NCBI GenBank assembly: GCA_050613775.1
Contig: JBODTK010000012.1
Coordinates: 248,001-312,000 of the forward strand
Direction: 5' to 3'
Origin: Neocallimastix sp. 'constans'
Taxonomy: Eukaryota
Length of the DNA: 64,000 nucleotides
The stretch's first letter is position 1, and each line of letters opens with the position of its first letter. The position numbers were made by a program, and so were the translations under genes. The notes below the pieces were generated by a model that was not told the DNA's origin, made no database searches, and was given only the letters and a program-made list of their open reading frames with translations. Of the stretch, positions 14,385 through 27,950 are shown in pieces.

Positions 14385-14815
14385 TATTTATTATTTATTA
14401 TTTATTAATAAATACTCTTTTATTATTTATTATTTATTATTTATTAATAAATACTCTTTTATTATTTATTATTTATTATTTATTTATTATTTATTATTTA
14501 TTATTTATTATTTATTATTTATTATTTATTATTTATTATTTATTATTTATTATTTATTATTTATTATTTATTATTTATTATTTATTATTTATTATTTATT
14601 ATTTATTATTTATTATTTATTATTTATTATTTATTATTTATTATTTATTATTTATTATTTATTATTTATTATTTATTATTTATTATTTATTATTTATTAT
14701 TTATTATTTATTATTTATTATTTATTATTTTATTTATTATTTATTATTTATTATTTATTATTTATTAATAAATACTCTTATTATTATTTATTATTTATTA
14801 TTTATTAATAAATAT
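14385..14815. repeat. (TTTATTA)n heptamer microsatellite with aataaatactct interruptions
   Basis: Direct reading; source of the spurious IIYYLLF ORF. Confidence 0.95.
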
Positions 14816-16304
14816 TCTTTTTATTATTTATCATTAATGTAAAAAAAAAAAAATTAAGAAAAATTAAAATTAAAATAATAAATAATTTTATTAATAATTA
14901 AAATGATTTAAAAAAAAAATTACTTTATTTCATATTAAATGAGTTAAAGAAAAAAAAAATTAAATTGAAAAATTTTTTAATTTAGTTTTTAATTTAAATA
15001 ATGACTATTACGGATAATCAAAACATTATTTTATAATAAAATGATAATTTTCTTCATATTATGAAAATGATTTTTTAATTAAAAAAATTTTTTAAATAAT
15101 AAATTAAAATTTAAATTAAAATTAGATAAAATAATATATAAATAATATAAATAATATTATTAAGTATAAATATAAAAAAAAAATAAAAAATTAATAATAC
15201 AATAAAAAAAAATTGTTATGATTAATTATAGATATAAAAACTTTAATTATTATAAAATGGAGTTGATTGAGAGAAATACAAAAGAAATGTATACAAAATA
15301 AAAAATACATATAAATTTATATATATAGACATAAATGACATATTTATATTTATATATATAATATTAATATCCTAATATTTATATTATATTTATATTTGTA
15401 TTATATTTATATTTATAAATATAATATTTATATACACATATTAATATATTTATATATATAAATCAATATATATTTCGACTATAAATAAATTTAAATGAGG
15501 ATAGAAAAGAATTTACATAAATAAATAAATATATATATATAAAAAAAATTTTTTTCTTCTCTTTATTTATTTATATAGTTTTATATGTAATGGAATATAT
15601 AAAGGATATTCCATTGACTAAAAACAATAAATTCTATAATGAATATTAATATTCCATAATTAAATAGTTTCTATAAGTAATGAGTACTTTAGTAATGATT
15701 TAATATTACATAAAATTAAAAAGAAAAGTAAAAAAAAAAAAAAAAAAAAGAGGATCAATCTTTATATATACACAAATATATTTAAAAATATTATAAAATC
15801 AAAAAAAAGGAAAAAAAAAAAGTTTATTTATTCATATTTAAAAGAACATCTGAAAATAATTTTTTTTTTTTCTTTTTTACTTTATAATTAATTTTACTTT
15901 GGATCATTGTGAATATCATTTCATTATAACGATAAGAAGGAACTTTGTTCTAAAAGTAATAAAAAATTAAAAGAATAAAAGAATAAAAGAGAAAGGCATC
16001 AAATTATATAAACTAAAAACTAAAACAAAAAAATTATTAAATAAAAAAAAAAAAAGAATACATAATAAAAAAAAAATTATTATATTTATATTATTTATAT
16101 ATTTTATAAAATAAAACTAAAAAAAAAAAAAATTTAATAAAAAAAATTTTTTTTAGTTTTTTTTTTTGTCAATTTTTTTTTTTTTTGGTGGTACGAAAAT
16201 TTCTTATGATGGACACAAAAGTTCAAATTAATTTTAATGAGTTCAATATAAATTAAAATTTTAAAACTTTGAGGATCAAAACTTTAAATCATTTATAAAA
16301 AAAT

Positions 16305-16560
16305 AAAATAATTAAATAATTAAATAATAAATAAATAATTAAATAATTAAATAATAATTAAATAATTAAATAATTGAATAATTGAATAATAATTAAATAA
16401 TTAAATAATTAAATAATAATTAAATAATTAAATAATAATTAAATAATTAAATAATAATTAAATAATTGAATAATTAAATAATAAATCATTGAATAATAAA
16501 TAAGCTTCAAATAATTTGAATAATTAAATAAATAATTGAATAATAATTTAAATAAATAAT
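16305..16560. repeat. (AATAATTA)-type AT-rich simple repeat
   Basis: Repeated aaataatt/gaataatt units. Confidence 0.8.
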
Positions 16561-17897
16561 TGTAAATAAATAGTAATTTATTAATTAGTTAATAAATAAT
16601 TTGAATAAATTTGAAATAATACTATTTAAAGTTGTGATAATCCTTTTTCTTCCTTAAAAATAAGTTATTAGAAATAAAATAATAAAATTTGTAAAAGAAT
16701 AGAAAAAAAAAAAAAGATTAATCAAATATATTAAAATAAATAAATTTTAATTATATTTTCTACAATTATAATATAATTATAATATTAATATAAAATTCTT
16801 TTTTTTTTTTTTTTTAATTTTTATTCAAATAAGAAAAAAATTTTCATAATTAAAAATTTAATTATTATTATTAACACTGTTATTTATTATAATATTAATA
16901 ATATTTATTTTTCAACTGAAACATTGTTGAATTAATGATTAATATTTATTATTTTATATATATTTATATTTTCTCTTTTTTTTTTTTTTTATTTTCTTAA
17001 AATAATAATAATAATAAATAAAATTTAAATTTTAATTTTATCATGGTAAAGATTCATAAAAAAGAAAGGTGAGAAAATTGAAAATAATATTAAGATAATA
17101 ATAATAATAATAATAAATGTAAAAAAAAAAAAAAAAAAAATAAAATAAAATAATAATTAAAATAATAATAAATAATTAATAATTAAACTTTAATTATGCC
17201 ATAAATTTTAATAATACTTTAGTAATTCAAATATAATAATCATATTTTACCAAAAAAAATAATAATTAAATAATTGAATAATAAATAATTAATATTTAAT
17301 ATTTAATATTTAAAATTTAATATTTAATATTTAATATTTAAAATTTAATATTTAAGATTTAATATTTAATTCTTAATATTTAATATTCATTAATAATGAG
17401 AAAAGTATTTCCTTATTTTATAAATGGTGATAAAAATAATATAGATATTTATAGTAAAATAAAATATTAAAAAAACTAATTAAAGATAATAGTAATGATA
17501 GATAATAATAATGATATTAATAAAGATAATAATAACAAATTATTATTTATAATTATTTGTTATTATCATTTTATTAATAATAAATATATAAAAATAAATA
17601 ATAATTAATAATTAATAAATATTTAAATAATTGAATAATAATTAATAAATAATAAATAATAAATAATAAATAATGAAATAATAATTAATATATACTATCT
17701 TATGATAATAATAAATCATACATTAATATTTTTATTTGTTATTATTATTATAATGTCAAGAACAATCACTTCAAATTATTAAAAATTCATAATTAGTTAT
17801 GCAATGATCAATCCATAATATTAAGTCAAGGGGATAATTCTATAAAAATATTTTAATGATGTATTTTTTGTTCATTTTTAAATGATAATAATATTAT

Positions 17898-18080
17898 TAT
17901 CTACTTTCTTATATATTCATTCATTTACATTATTATTTAGTTATTCATCTACTTTCTTATATATTCATTCATTAACATTATTGTTTAGTTATTTATCTAC
18001 TTAATTATATATTCATTCATTAACATTATTATTTAGTTATTTATCTACTTAATTATATATTCATTCATTTACATTATTTA
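17898..18080. repeat. 48-bp minisatellite x about 4
   Basis: atattcattcatt recurs at about 17913, 17961, 18009 and 18057. Confidence 0.85.
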
Positions 18081-19194
18081 ATTATTACTATCTACTTATG
18101 ATTTCTACCATATGACTTTTAATAAATAGTTTCAGTGTCTATGTTTAAAGAATCTATTCATAATATATAATTGATTATAATTCTATATATATATATATAT
18201 TAAATTTATATATTTATAATATATAATATATTATATTATACTGTATTCTAATATATAGAAATTTATCCCTAAAAAAAATAAAAAAAAATTTTATAAAAAT
18301 TTGATTTTAAAGGAAAGATTAAATGATCCAAAAAAAAAAAAAATTTATTTTGAAATGTCAATTCTTCCTATTGTTTTTTTTTTTATTTTTAATTTTTATT
18401 TTTTTATTTTATTTTATTTTATTTTATTTTATTTTATTTTTAAAGAAAATTTTTAGTTATTTTTTAATAAATGAAATGATTTTTTTTTTTTATTATTTGA
18501 AAATTATCAATTAAAAATTAATAATAAAAATAATAGTAGATAAATAATCTACCCTCTTATTTAATTATTTTGTTTTAGTTTTTAAATATCGTATTATAAA
18601 TATCTTATTTATATTATTTTACTAAAATTCTTTAAAAAAATTAAAGAAACCCCGCTAAAAAAAAAAAAAATGAAATATAAACCAATTAAGTATAAAAATA
18701 AATGAATAAATAAAATAATTAATTAATTTTTATTTTTTTACTTTTATATATTTTTTTTTTTAATTTAAAAATAGATTTTAATTTTTTAGAAATTGATTTT
18801 AATATTTAGTTTTTTTAAAAAATAAAGATCAAAAAATTTTATTTGAAATTGATGTAAAATTTTGTAAATAGAATGGATTAAAAAAACAACAAAAAAAATG
18901 AAAAATAAAATAATGCCATTTAAATTTTATAGGTTTACATTTGTTTATAATTATTTAATAATAAAAAGTTCCATTAACTCTATGATAGTATGATAATATC
19001 AATTAAATAGTAAGGATTTAAATCTTTTTTTTTTTTTTTTAAGGAGATCATTTATATTAGCTATAAGAAATTATGAAAAAAAATGGTTTTTTTTTTAGAA
19101 AAAAAAAAAAAGAAAAAATATTGTTACACATATTACGAAAATCAATTATTTCTATTAACATGTGATATTTATTATTTAATTAATTAATTAATTA

Positions 19195-19560
19195 ATTATT
19201 ATTTATTATTTATTATTCCATTATTTATTATTTATTATTCAATTATTTATTATTTATTATTTATTTATTTATTATTTATTATTTATTATTCAATTATTTA
19301 TTATTTATTATTTATTATTTATTATTTATTATTTATTATTTATTATTTATTATTTATTATTTATTATTTATTATTTATTATTTATTATTTATTATTTATT
19401 ATTTATTATTTATTATTTATTATTTATTATTTATTATTTATTATTTATTATTTATTATTTATTATTTATTATTTTTTATATTTATTATTTATTATATTTA
19501 TTATTTATTATATTTATTATTTATTATTTATTATTTATTATTTATTATTAATTTATTAAT
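19195..19560. repeat. (TTTATTA)n microsatellite
   Basis: Direct reading. Confidence 0.95.
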
Positions 19561-19962
19561 AAATATTTTTTTTATTATTTATTATGTTAAAAAATAAAAA
19601 GAAATACAAAAATTTTTTGTTTTTATTGGAGTGTTGCATTTCGGAATGAAGCTTTATATGAAATGAGACGTACTTTAATAATCTTTTTGTAAGAGTGGCT
19701 TAGATTATAGTTGATAAATAAATAATAAATTTAAATTTTTAATATATAATAAAAAATAATATTTAATATTATATATATATATTAGGGACATATATTATAT
19801 ATGAATTAAAAAAAATAGATAGGAGATAGAATTATAGAAATTTTTAGGAAGCCAAATAAATTATTACATATTTGTACAATAATGCTTAGCAATATCTTAC
19901 TAATATTAATATAATTTACAAGAATGCATTATACATTATTTACATTTTCAATATGCTTTATT

Positions 19963-19965
19963 ATA

Positions 19966-20030
<65 letters not shown>
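19963..20030. repeat. (ATT)n microsatellite
   Basis: Direct reading. Confidence 0.95.
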
Positions 20031-20528
20031 CAATACTTTATTTTTTTTTTAAAAAATATTAAAATTATGTTCATCCTCAATCACTATTCTTTCTTACTGT
20101 TTCTTAGGCATTTAACGCTCTTTATATGGCGTGGATTAAACTCCATTTGAATATTGATTATTTTTGGTCAATAGCAAAAGCTATAATTTTATTTTATGGA
20201 GTCCCAGGGAGGACCACCAAGAACAGAATTTTTTTAAATATGTACTTAGAACTAGATTGACATTTCTATCTGTCCCTCCATTTCTTTCAAATAAAAAATA
20301 GAGTTTCTTTCCCACGGGAAAGGAATTTTTTTTAAATATTAAAAATAAAATAAAGCAAAAGAAATAACACATCCGTAAAAGTGGATAGTAAACTCTACCT
20401 CGAAAACCAAGAAAAAATATTTGTAAGGAGATTTAATTTTCGTAGATTCATTGTGGAGAAGTACGATTATTTTTTTCATATTTGTTTTAATTAGGGATTA
20501 GGGGTAACAATAAATAAATGAAATAAAT

Positions 20529-20888
20529 GAGGGGAGTGTGCATTTCGAAAATTTTTATTACAAAAATTTGTATTTTTTTGTATGGCTTAAATATTTTTAA
20601 TTTTAAGCCACTTAATTTTATTAAAAATTTAATGAATAATAATTAATTAATTAAATAAATAAAATTACAATTCTCAAAAATTTTCAAATACGTAATCTTA
20701 CGTGGGGCGTATATCTAATTGTATCATAATTTTGTGGCTTTTTTCTACAATTTTTAAAAAGCCATATATTCACAATATGGCGTGAATAATAAATGTGGTG
20801 ATATTTTATGACGAAAATTTATAAGCCACCAAGAATTTGGCGAAATTCAACTGGACGAAATTCAACTTTTGGCGAAATACAACACTTC
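20529..20888. mobile_element. MULE-like terminal inverted repeat / MITE remnant
   Basis: Begins gaggggagtgtgcatttcgaaaattttt and contains repeated tggct/agcca and ggcgaaat motifs. 20531-20577 is inverted relative to 23200-23246. Adjacent to a transposase remnant. Confidence 0.55.
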
Positions 20889-20925
20889 AATAAATAATAA
20901 TTATATTTATTAAAATATTTTATTG

Positions 20926-21227
20926 GAAAATTTTAATTATTACTTAAGTAATATATTTCCAAATAAACCTTTATTTTATAAATTAATATATATATTAAAA
21001 GAAGAAGAAAACTTATCTTATATAATGATTACTAAATGAGAACTAAAGGAACTTGGAAAAAAAAGCAAAAAATATTTAGTGCAACTGATGAAATTAAAAT
21101 TTTAATTGAAAATTACAAAAGTAAGGAAATAAATTTATTTTATAATGGATGCAACAGAAATGAATTAGTTAAATTATGGAAAGATTGTTTAATTGATTTA
21201 ACAATATAAATATTAATTTAAAATAAA
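20926..21227 (+). pseudogene. C-terminal remnant of a Mutator-like (MULE) transposase
   Basis: Translates ENFNYYLSNIFPNKPLFYKLIYILKEEENLSYNDY*MRTKGTWKKKQKIFSATDEIKILIENYKSKEINLFYNGCNRNELVKLWKDCLIDLN, resembling the E-x-x-N..L...KP.F..LI..L segment that follows the third catalytic Glu of MULE transposases. Internal stop. Confidence 0.6.
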
Positions 21228-21924
21228 TAATCTTAATTTAAAAAAATGGTAGAAAAATACAAATTTATTTATTTTAAATTTATATTTATAATCGTTTAAA
21301 TAATAATTAAATAATCTTAATTTAAAAAAAATGCTAGAAAAACACAAATTTATTTATCTATTGTGTTTATTTAATAATCTTAATAGAAATTATCTTTAGT
21401 TATTTTTAATAAGTAATTTATAACTAAAACCGATTTATTTGATACTAGTTAAAATTTTATTAATATCAATATTAATATTATATAATTATAAATTTTATTA
21501 ATATCAATATCAATATTATATAATTATCAATATCAATATTATATTATAAATTTTATTAATATCAATATACTTTTCAAAATTAATTATGTTATTAAAAATA
21601 TTAAATTCAATAAAAGATTTTTATTATTTTATTAAAATTCTAATTGTTATTATTATATTTTAATAATAATTGATTCATATTGATCAAACATTATAAATAT
21701 TACTATGCAAATAATTAATTATTTTAATAGGATCAATTATTCAACTCTTATTGTTTTAATTTTTAATTCTTATATTATTTAAATTAATATATATATATAT
21801 CGTTTATGAAAATATGAATTATAAATTATTAAAATTATTTACTTTTCATTTAAATTTTTTTATTTACTATAATAAAATATAATAATTAAAAGACAAACGT
21901 TATTATAACTAAATTTTTTTTTTT

Positions 21925-22276
21925 AGAAAAATAAATGAAAAAAAATTAAAATATATAAGATTCCTATATATATAAAATAATTATTATATATATATTTTTT
22001 TATTTTATTTTATTTTATTTTATATTTATTTCACCTATATACTTTATTATTTAATATTTTTATATATGTTAAACTTATATATATTTATATGGTTTATATA
22101 TTATATAGAAAAATAAATGATAAAAAATTAAAATATATGATTCCTATATATATAAAATAATTGTTATATTTTTTTTTTATTTTATTTTATTTTATTTTAT
22201 TTTATATTTATTTCACCTATATACTTTATTATTTAATATTTTTATATATGTTATACTTATATGGCTTATATATTAT
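21925..22276. repeat. Tandem duplication, about 180-bp unit x2
   Basis: agaaaaataaatga..ttcctatatatataaaataa..ttcacctatatactttatt occurs at about 21925 and 22107. Confidence 0.88.
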
Positions 22277-22353
22277 CTTAATCTTTAAAAAAATAATATT
22301 TAGTTTAATAATAAATTTAAAATTAATCTATAAAAAATCTATTTTTTATTTAT

Positions 22354-22802
22354 TTAACTACGCCAACACCAACCATATTCAGTAAGACAGTATTTACCAA
22401 CTATATCATAAACACGAGCATCGCGATTAACATAACCTCTCCATGAAAATCCACCTCTTGTGTTGTTTGGTGTGTAATAACATCCATTTTTGGTACTTAT
22501 ATGTCTAGTAATCCATTTACAATTATCTGGATTTTTATATTGTGTATCTCTAAGATATGCTCCAACAGGGATTTCTCTATAATTAACTACTGAATTATGG
22601 AGGAAACAATCATAAAATCCACGATTACTATTTTTATAATACCATAACCTTTATATATATATGTATTTTTGCAATCTCTAGAATTAAGGAAATATAGATG
22701 AGATATATCTGAATATATAGCTGGTCCAACCAATTTTATACCACAAACATAAGTAATGCATGCAGTAGCAATTAATAAAGCAGTTAATAATTTTTTAAAC
22801 AT
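22354..22802 (-). CDS. Small secreted Cys/aromatic-rich protein (about 149 aa) with one frameshift (pseudogene or homopolymer sequencing error)
   Basis: Signal MFKKLLTALLIATACITYVCG. Adding one A to the AAA run near 22650 joins it to an open downstream frame RLWYYKNSNRGFYDCFLHNSVVNYREIPVGAYLRDTQYKNPDNCKWITRHISTKNGCYYTPNNTRGGFSWRGYVNRDARVYDIVGKYCLTEYGWCWRS* (stop 22354-22356); 6 Cys in the mature part. Confidence 0.7.
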
Positions 22803-23171
22803 TTTAATTTATAAAATTAATACTTTAATATAATATTGTAAAAAATACTAATTATAAACCTATTTATATATTTATTTTTTTTTTTAATTATTCAATTATG
22901 TAATTACGTATGTAATTCTGTTGATAATATAAACAAGGTATTAATAATAATTAATAATATACAATAAAATAAAAAAAATATAATAATTATTTTATATATG
23001 TAGTAATTATATATATATATATATATATATTTTTTATTTAGTTTTCTAAAAAAAAATTTTTAAGTCATAATAAACGTTTGTCTTAATTATTTTTATTATC
23101 ATTTAAAAATTTATTTATTCATTTATAATTTATTTATTCATTTATTTATTTATTTATTTATTACATTATAA

Positions 23172-23503
23172 TACTCCATGTTTTCCGAAATGCACTACAA
23201 CAAAATACAAATTTATGTAATAAAAATTTTCGAAATGACACACCCCCTTTAGCAATATGGTGTATTTTCATAAGTGGCTTGTTTTTTTTAATAATTAAAT
23301 AATAAATAATAATTAAATAAATTAAATATTCTAAAAATAATTTTTTATAATTCTTTTTTAATAGAATATAATAATTATTTCTTTTGAAATAATTATTTAT
23401 ATATTTATTTATGATTGTATAGAATATCTTAAAAATGTATGGCTTTATTTTAAAATTTTATATTAAAATTTTATATGCCACATTGTGAAATGCACGATCC
23501 TCT
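23172..23503. mobile_element. MULE-like TIR/MITE remnant
   Basis: ccgaaatgcac, cgaaatgacacacccc and gccacattgtgaaatgcacgatcctc motifs; inverted match to 20531-20577. Confidence 0.55.
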
Positions 23504-23659
23504 TCAAATGTAACTTCGGTTCAATGTTATATATGTATAATTTTAACACTAATTTTTAGAATTAAAATCATAAATCTTCAATTTTATATAATACAGAATT
23601 TCTGAGTTTTTCCATAAGATTGTTATTTATTATTGATATTATTATTATTATTTATATGT

Positions 23660-24900
23660 ATTAGTATCATGTATTTTTATTTATAGTTTGTATTATCTCC
23701 CCTGATTTCATGATCCGGAATAAAATTGGAAATTTCAGGTGACCATGCTTTAAAAAAGCTGTTCCCAAGATTGGATTTGAAAAATCCAAATGACCTAGAT
23801 AGGATTGTTTTATTATTAGTAATATCTAATATTTTATAAGCTGATAGATTTTCAGAGTATCCTAGAAATATCCCTGGTTTAGTATTGTTATCGAATTTAG
23901 ATCTAAAGACTTTAGGAATAGAAAAAAAAAAAAAAAACTTTGCATCCAAATACTTTAATATTTGAGTAGTTGACCTTTATGTTTCATTAATTATTTCGTA
24001 TTAAATTTTCAGATTTATACTTTTGTGTGGAATACGATTATGGATATAATTGGCCGTAGATGTAGCATCTTCCCAAAAATTTTTGACGAAGTTTAGAATC
24101 ATTCAGCATAGCTTTGGTTGAGTTTATTAAAGTACCATTGAAACCTTCCACCCTTCCATTTTTTAATTATGGATTATATGATACAGTTTAGTTGATGTTT
24201 AATACCATAAAGATTTGAAGAATAAATTAAAATTATGATTACAAATTCTGTACCATTATCAGTTCGAATATATATTTAATTCTAGTATTATACTTATTTT
24301 TAATACTTAAAGAACCAACGATAAAAATGAATTAAATGTATCACTAATGGATTTTTAAAAAAAAACAGAGTCCATCCATACCGTGAATAGTCATCAAGGA
24401 ATGTAAATAGATATTTGTTGCCATAAAGCAATTCAGGAAGAGGACCAACCAAGTCCATGTGAAGTAATTCAAATATATGTTTTGATTTAGTTATTGCTTG
24501 CTTATATGTTTTTTTTTTGTTTTTTTTTTTGGTTTTGAATTCACACAATTTGGGCATTGATTAATTGGAGTATTTAGTTTTAATAATTTGCCTTTAATAT
24601 GACCTAATGGTCAAAATGACATAATCTTCTATGCCAATAGATATAATTTCTTTGTTGCATTTTGGTTTAGTGAAATTTATTTCTAAATTATTATATTGAT
24701 TGTTATTATTATTGAGATTTATTTTATTATTGGAAAACCATATTTTTAGATGAATAGGTTTTGATTGTCATGTTATTAACTATTCTTTTATCATTACTAT
24801 CGTAAATGACTACGTATGGTTTATTGTTTGAATTGTTGAAAAAACAGAATTTGTAATTTTCTTTTAGTAATTTACATACTGATACAAAGATTGTATTTTC
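23660..24900 (-). mobile_element. Degenerate Ty1/copia integrase fragment
   Basis: WHRRL.H, ELLHMDLVGP, FTFLDDYSRYGW, IRTDNGTEF, KFDNNTKPGIFLGY.....YKILDIT; several frameshifts; no LTRs found. Confidence 0.9.
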
Positions 24901-25299
24901 ATCTTGATGATATTATTTTTATTTTATCTTTTATATTAATATCATCGGTTGACAATTTAATTTTTCATCTTGATGATATTAGTTTTATTTTAATTTTTAG
25001 TATTTAATTATAATTTTATTTATAGTTGATTAAGAAAAAATATTTTTATTTCTTACGGATTCGATTCAGTAATAAATAAAATATAATCAATAATAAAAAT
25101 AATTATTTATTAGTTCTTTGTTTAATTAAAAGAGTTTTTTTTTTTTAAAGACAACAAAAAATTGATTTATCTTTATTAATTAAATAGTTAATAAAAATAC
25201 ATGTAATAAAAAGAAAAAAGATAAAATAATAAACAAAAAAAAAAAAAAAACAGAAAATAAAAAAAAAAATAATGGTATAATGTATTTTAGATTCATTTA

Positions 25300-25910
25300 A
25301 TTAAGTAAGACTTCACAAGGGCATTATCATATTGTAGTATAATTATTATTTTTTGACTTCACGATGTTAATCATAATTTTAAGATACGAAATTATGATCT
25401 TTATTGGTTACGCTAGCCTTTGTTAGAAACTTCCGAGATCCCCACTAAATATGGAATAGTCGACGAAGTTGAATATTTAGCACAATCGGAGTAGTGAATA
25501 TATGAAAAAGAAATGGATAATTATTTGAAAGTACATTAAGATATTGGCTATTACCGACCTCTTGCAAGCAAATACAGATAGGTTTATAAATTTCATTAAA
25601 GTACCTTATGCCGTTACGTTTTTCTACATTCCATCCATTAATGTTTCAATTGACACATAGATTAAAGCTTTGAGTAGACGGTGAGCAAATACTACTCTAG
25701 AGAAAATCTTTAACCATTGATTGAGTTTCAAAAGAAGAAAATTTATTGTTAAATTTCTTAACATAACTGAAAGTTCGGATTTTGTTGGTTTTGATCATGA
25801 ATAAAGATAAAAATGAAATTTTTATTCCGAATATCGAATCTGCGAAGGCCTCAGATGTAAGACAAGTATAGTTTCTGTATTTGAAGAAGTATTATCCATT
25901 TCGAAGAAAG
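25300..25910 (-). mobile_element. Degenerate LINE fragment (N-terminal APE endonuclease)
   Basis: Minus strand reads FNLCVN*NINGWNVEK and ICICLQEVG, matching FNLCVSWNINGWNTEK and CICLQETG of the intact LINE. Confidence 0.75.
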
Positions 25911-26399
25911 CCAAAAAAAAATAAAATAAAAGAAGTAAAAAAATAAAAAATAGTAATAATAATAATAATAGATAATCTTTTTTTTTTTAATATAATATAT
26001 ATATAATAAAATAAAAATAAAAAAATAAAAGAGAAAGTAAACTCCCTTTAAATAGTATCAAAAAAAATTGTTAGTGTTGAATATATGAAAATTTGAAATA
26101 TATCGTTGTTCTTGATGATTATGTAATTGTTTGATTTAGTAAAGAATTGATTTTATCCTGTATTGTTGTAATAATATTTATAATTTTTTACAAGGGTTAG
26201 AAAGTTATTAATTCTTTGTACAGTAACTGAAAGATATAAAAGTAAAATAAAATACTTGTATATTCTGTTAAAATGAATAATCTATTCTTTTTATCTTTTG
26301 AATAATTGTTTTTCTTTTCAATTAATAAAGCTCTTTAAGACGTAAAAATTTTCTGTTGAATAATCATTTAATAGCTAAAATATAGATGTAAAGAAAAAA

Positions 26400-26950
26400 A
26401 AAAGTTAGTAGTGAAAGACGATTAAAAGATTCCCATCTGTAAAATAATGTCTGAAATACAAGCTTTGGAGTGAATCAATCTCCTACATTTCCATTTTACA
26501 ATAGCTACATGAGAGATTAAATAAAATTATAGAAAAATACATATATAAAATAATGCTAAAAGTAAAAAATACAATTGTTTCATTACAATATTAATATATA
26601 GAAACTGCATGATATATATTAATTATACAACTCCAATGTTACTACATATCCAGTTTAAAACAATATAAAATATCAAATTCACTTTCAACAGTCTTCCAGT
26701 ATTCCAATATACACTCTTCGTACTTGATGCCACTTTAGAGAGGAGAACCATCGATTGTCATCAGAATCACAGAAAGCTGCAATTTAGTACACATGATATA
26801 GGCTATTCCTTTTCCATCAACCCGCCATGAACCTGGAAAAACAATCCACATCATTGGGGTCATTAATATTAATATTCTATATGAACTATTATTCCATGAA
26901 GTGCTGATAGTAATACCCCCTCAGAGACATCATTCCTGGTGGTAAATCAA
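26400..26950 (-). mobile_element. Degenerate repeat, probably LINE ORF1/5' region
   Basis: 26685-26790 is homologous to 45271-45380 (ctcttcgtac..catcgatt.tcatca..agaaa.ctg.aatt.gtacac). Both lie upstream, in minus sense, of LINE ORF2 remnants. Confidence 0.4.
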
Positions 26951-27056
26951 AATATAATAAAATATATTTTAACAAAAATTCATATTGAGATAAAATTCAT
27001 TAATAAATTTATTATTTATTAATAGATATTCTTTATTATTCTTTATTATATATTAA

Positions 27057-27564
27057 TAAATACCATTTATTATTATTTATTATTTATTATTTATTAATAA
27101 ATACCATTCATTATTATTTATTATTTATTATTTATTATTTATTAATAAATACCATTCATTATTATTTATTATTTATTAATAAATACCATTCATTATTACT
27201 TATTATTTATTAATAAATACCATTCATTATTATTTATTATTTATTAATAAATACCATTCATTATTATTTATTATTTATTAATAAATACCATTCATTATTA
27301 CTTATTATTTATTAATAAATACCATTCATTATTATTTATTATTTATTAATAAATACCATTCATTATTATTTATTATTTATGAATAAATACCATTCATTAT
27401 TATTTATTATTTATGAATAAATACCATTCATTATTATTTATTATTTATTATTTATTATTTATTATTTATTATTTATTATTTATTAATAAATACCATTCAT
27501 TATTATTTATTATTTATTATTTATTATTTATTATTTATTATTTATTAATAAATACCATTCATTA
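27057..27564. repeat. Left part of 34-bp minisatellite array (aataaataccattcattattatttattatttatt)
   Basis: Variable-length copies, interrupted at 27565 by the copia LTR. Confidence 0.9.
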
Positions 27565-27829
27565 TGTTCAAGGTTGTGGATTCAGAGAACGCGAACAAGT
27601 ATTACACCAAGTGTTTTAATATATATTTATTATATATTTTTATTTATATATTTATTTAGAAAAATACATGTATCTTTATTATTATAAAATCAACGAGAAA
27701 ACAAATAAACTAATTTTTAATTAAACTATAAAATAACTATATACAAAATAAGGTTATAATTAATGAGGCTTGTGTGGCATATTAGATATGTTATGCATAA
27801 TGTTCATATAACATTGCTAATATTTAACA
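27565..27829 (-). repeat. 3' LTR (265 bp)
   Basis: tgttcaaggttgtgg...atatttaaca; direct repeat of 32487-32752. Confidence 0.97.
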
Positions 27830-27840
27830 TTCCCCCTACA
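27830..27840 (-). promoter_or_regulatory. Polypurine tract (plus-strand primer)
   Basis: Minus strand TGTAGGGGGAA immediately before the 3' LTR. Confidence 0.85.
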
Positions 27841-27950
27841 TTTTGCATTACATATTTACAATAAAAAAAATAAATTTTTTTTTTTTTTTTTTTATTTTCT
27901 ATATTAAATTTGTATTAATAAATTTTTTTTTTTTTTTCTTTTTTCTTTTT

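Noticed and set aside
14209..14808. IIYYLLF-repeat membrane protein ORFs (also 55348-55981 and 27413-27619)
   Set aside because: Translations of the (TTTATTA)n microsatellite.
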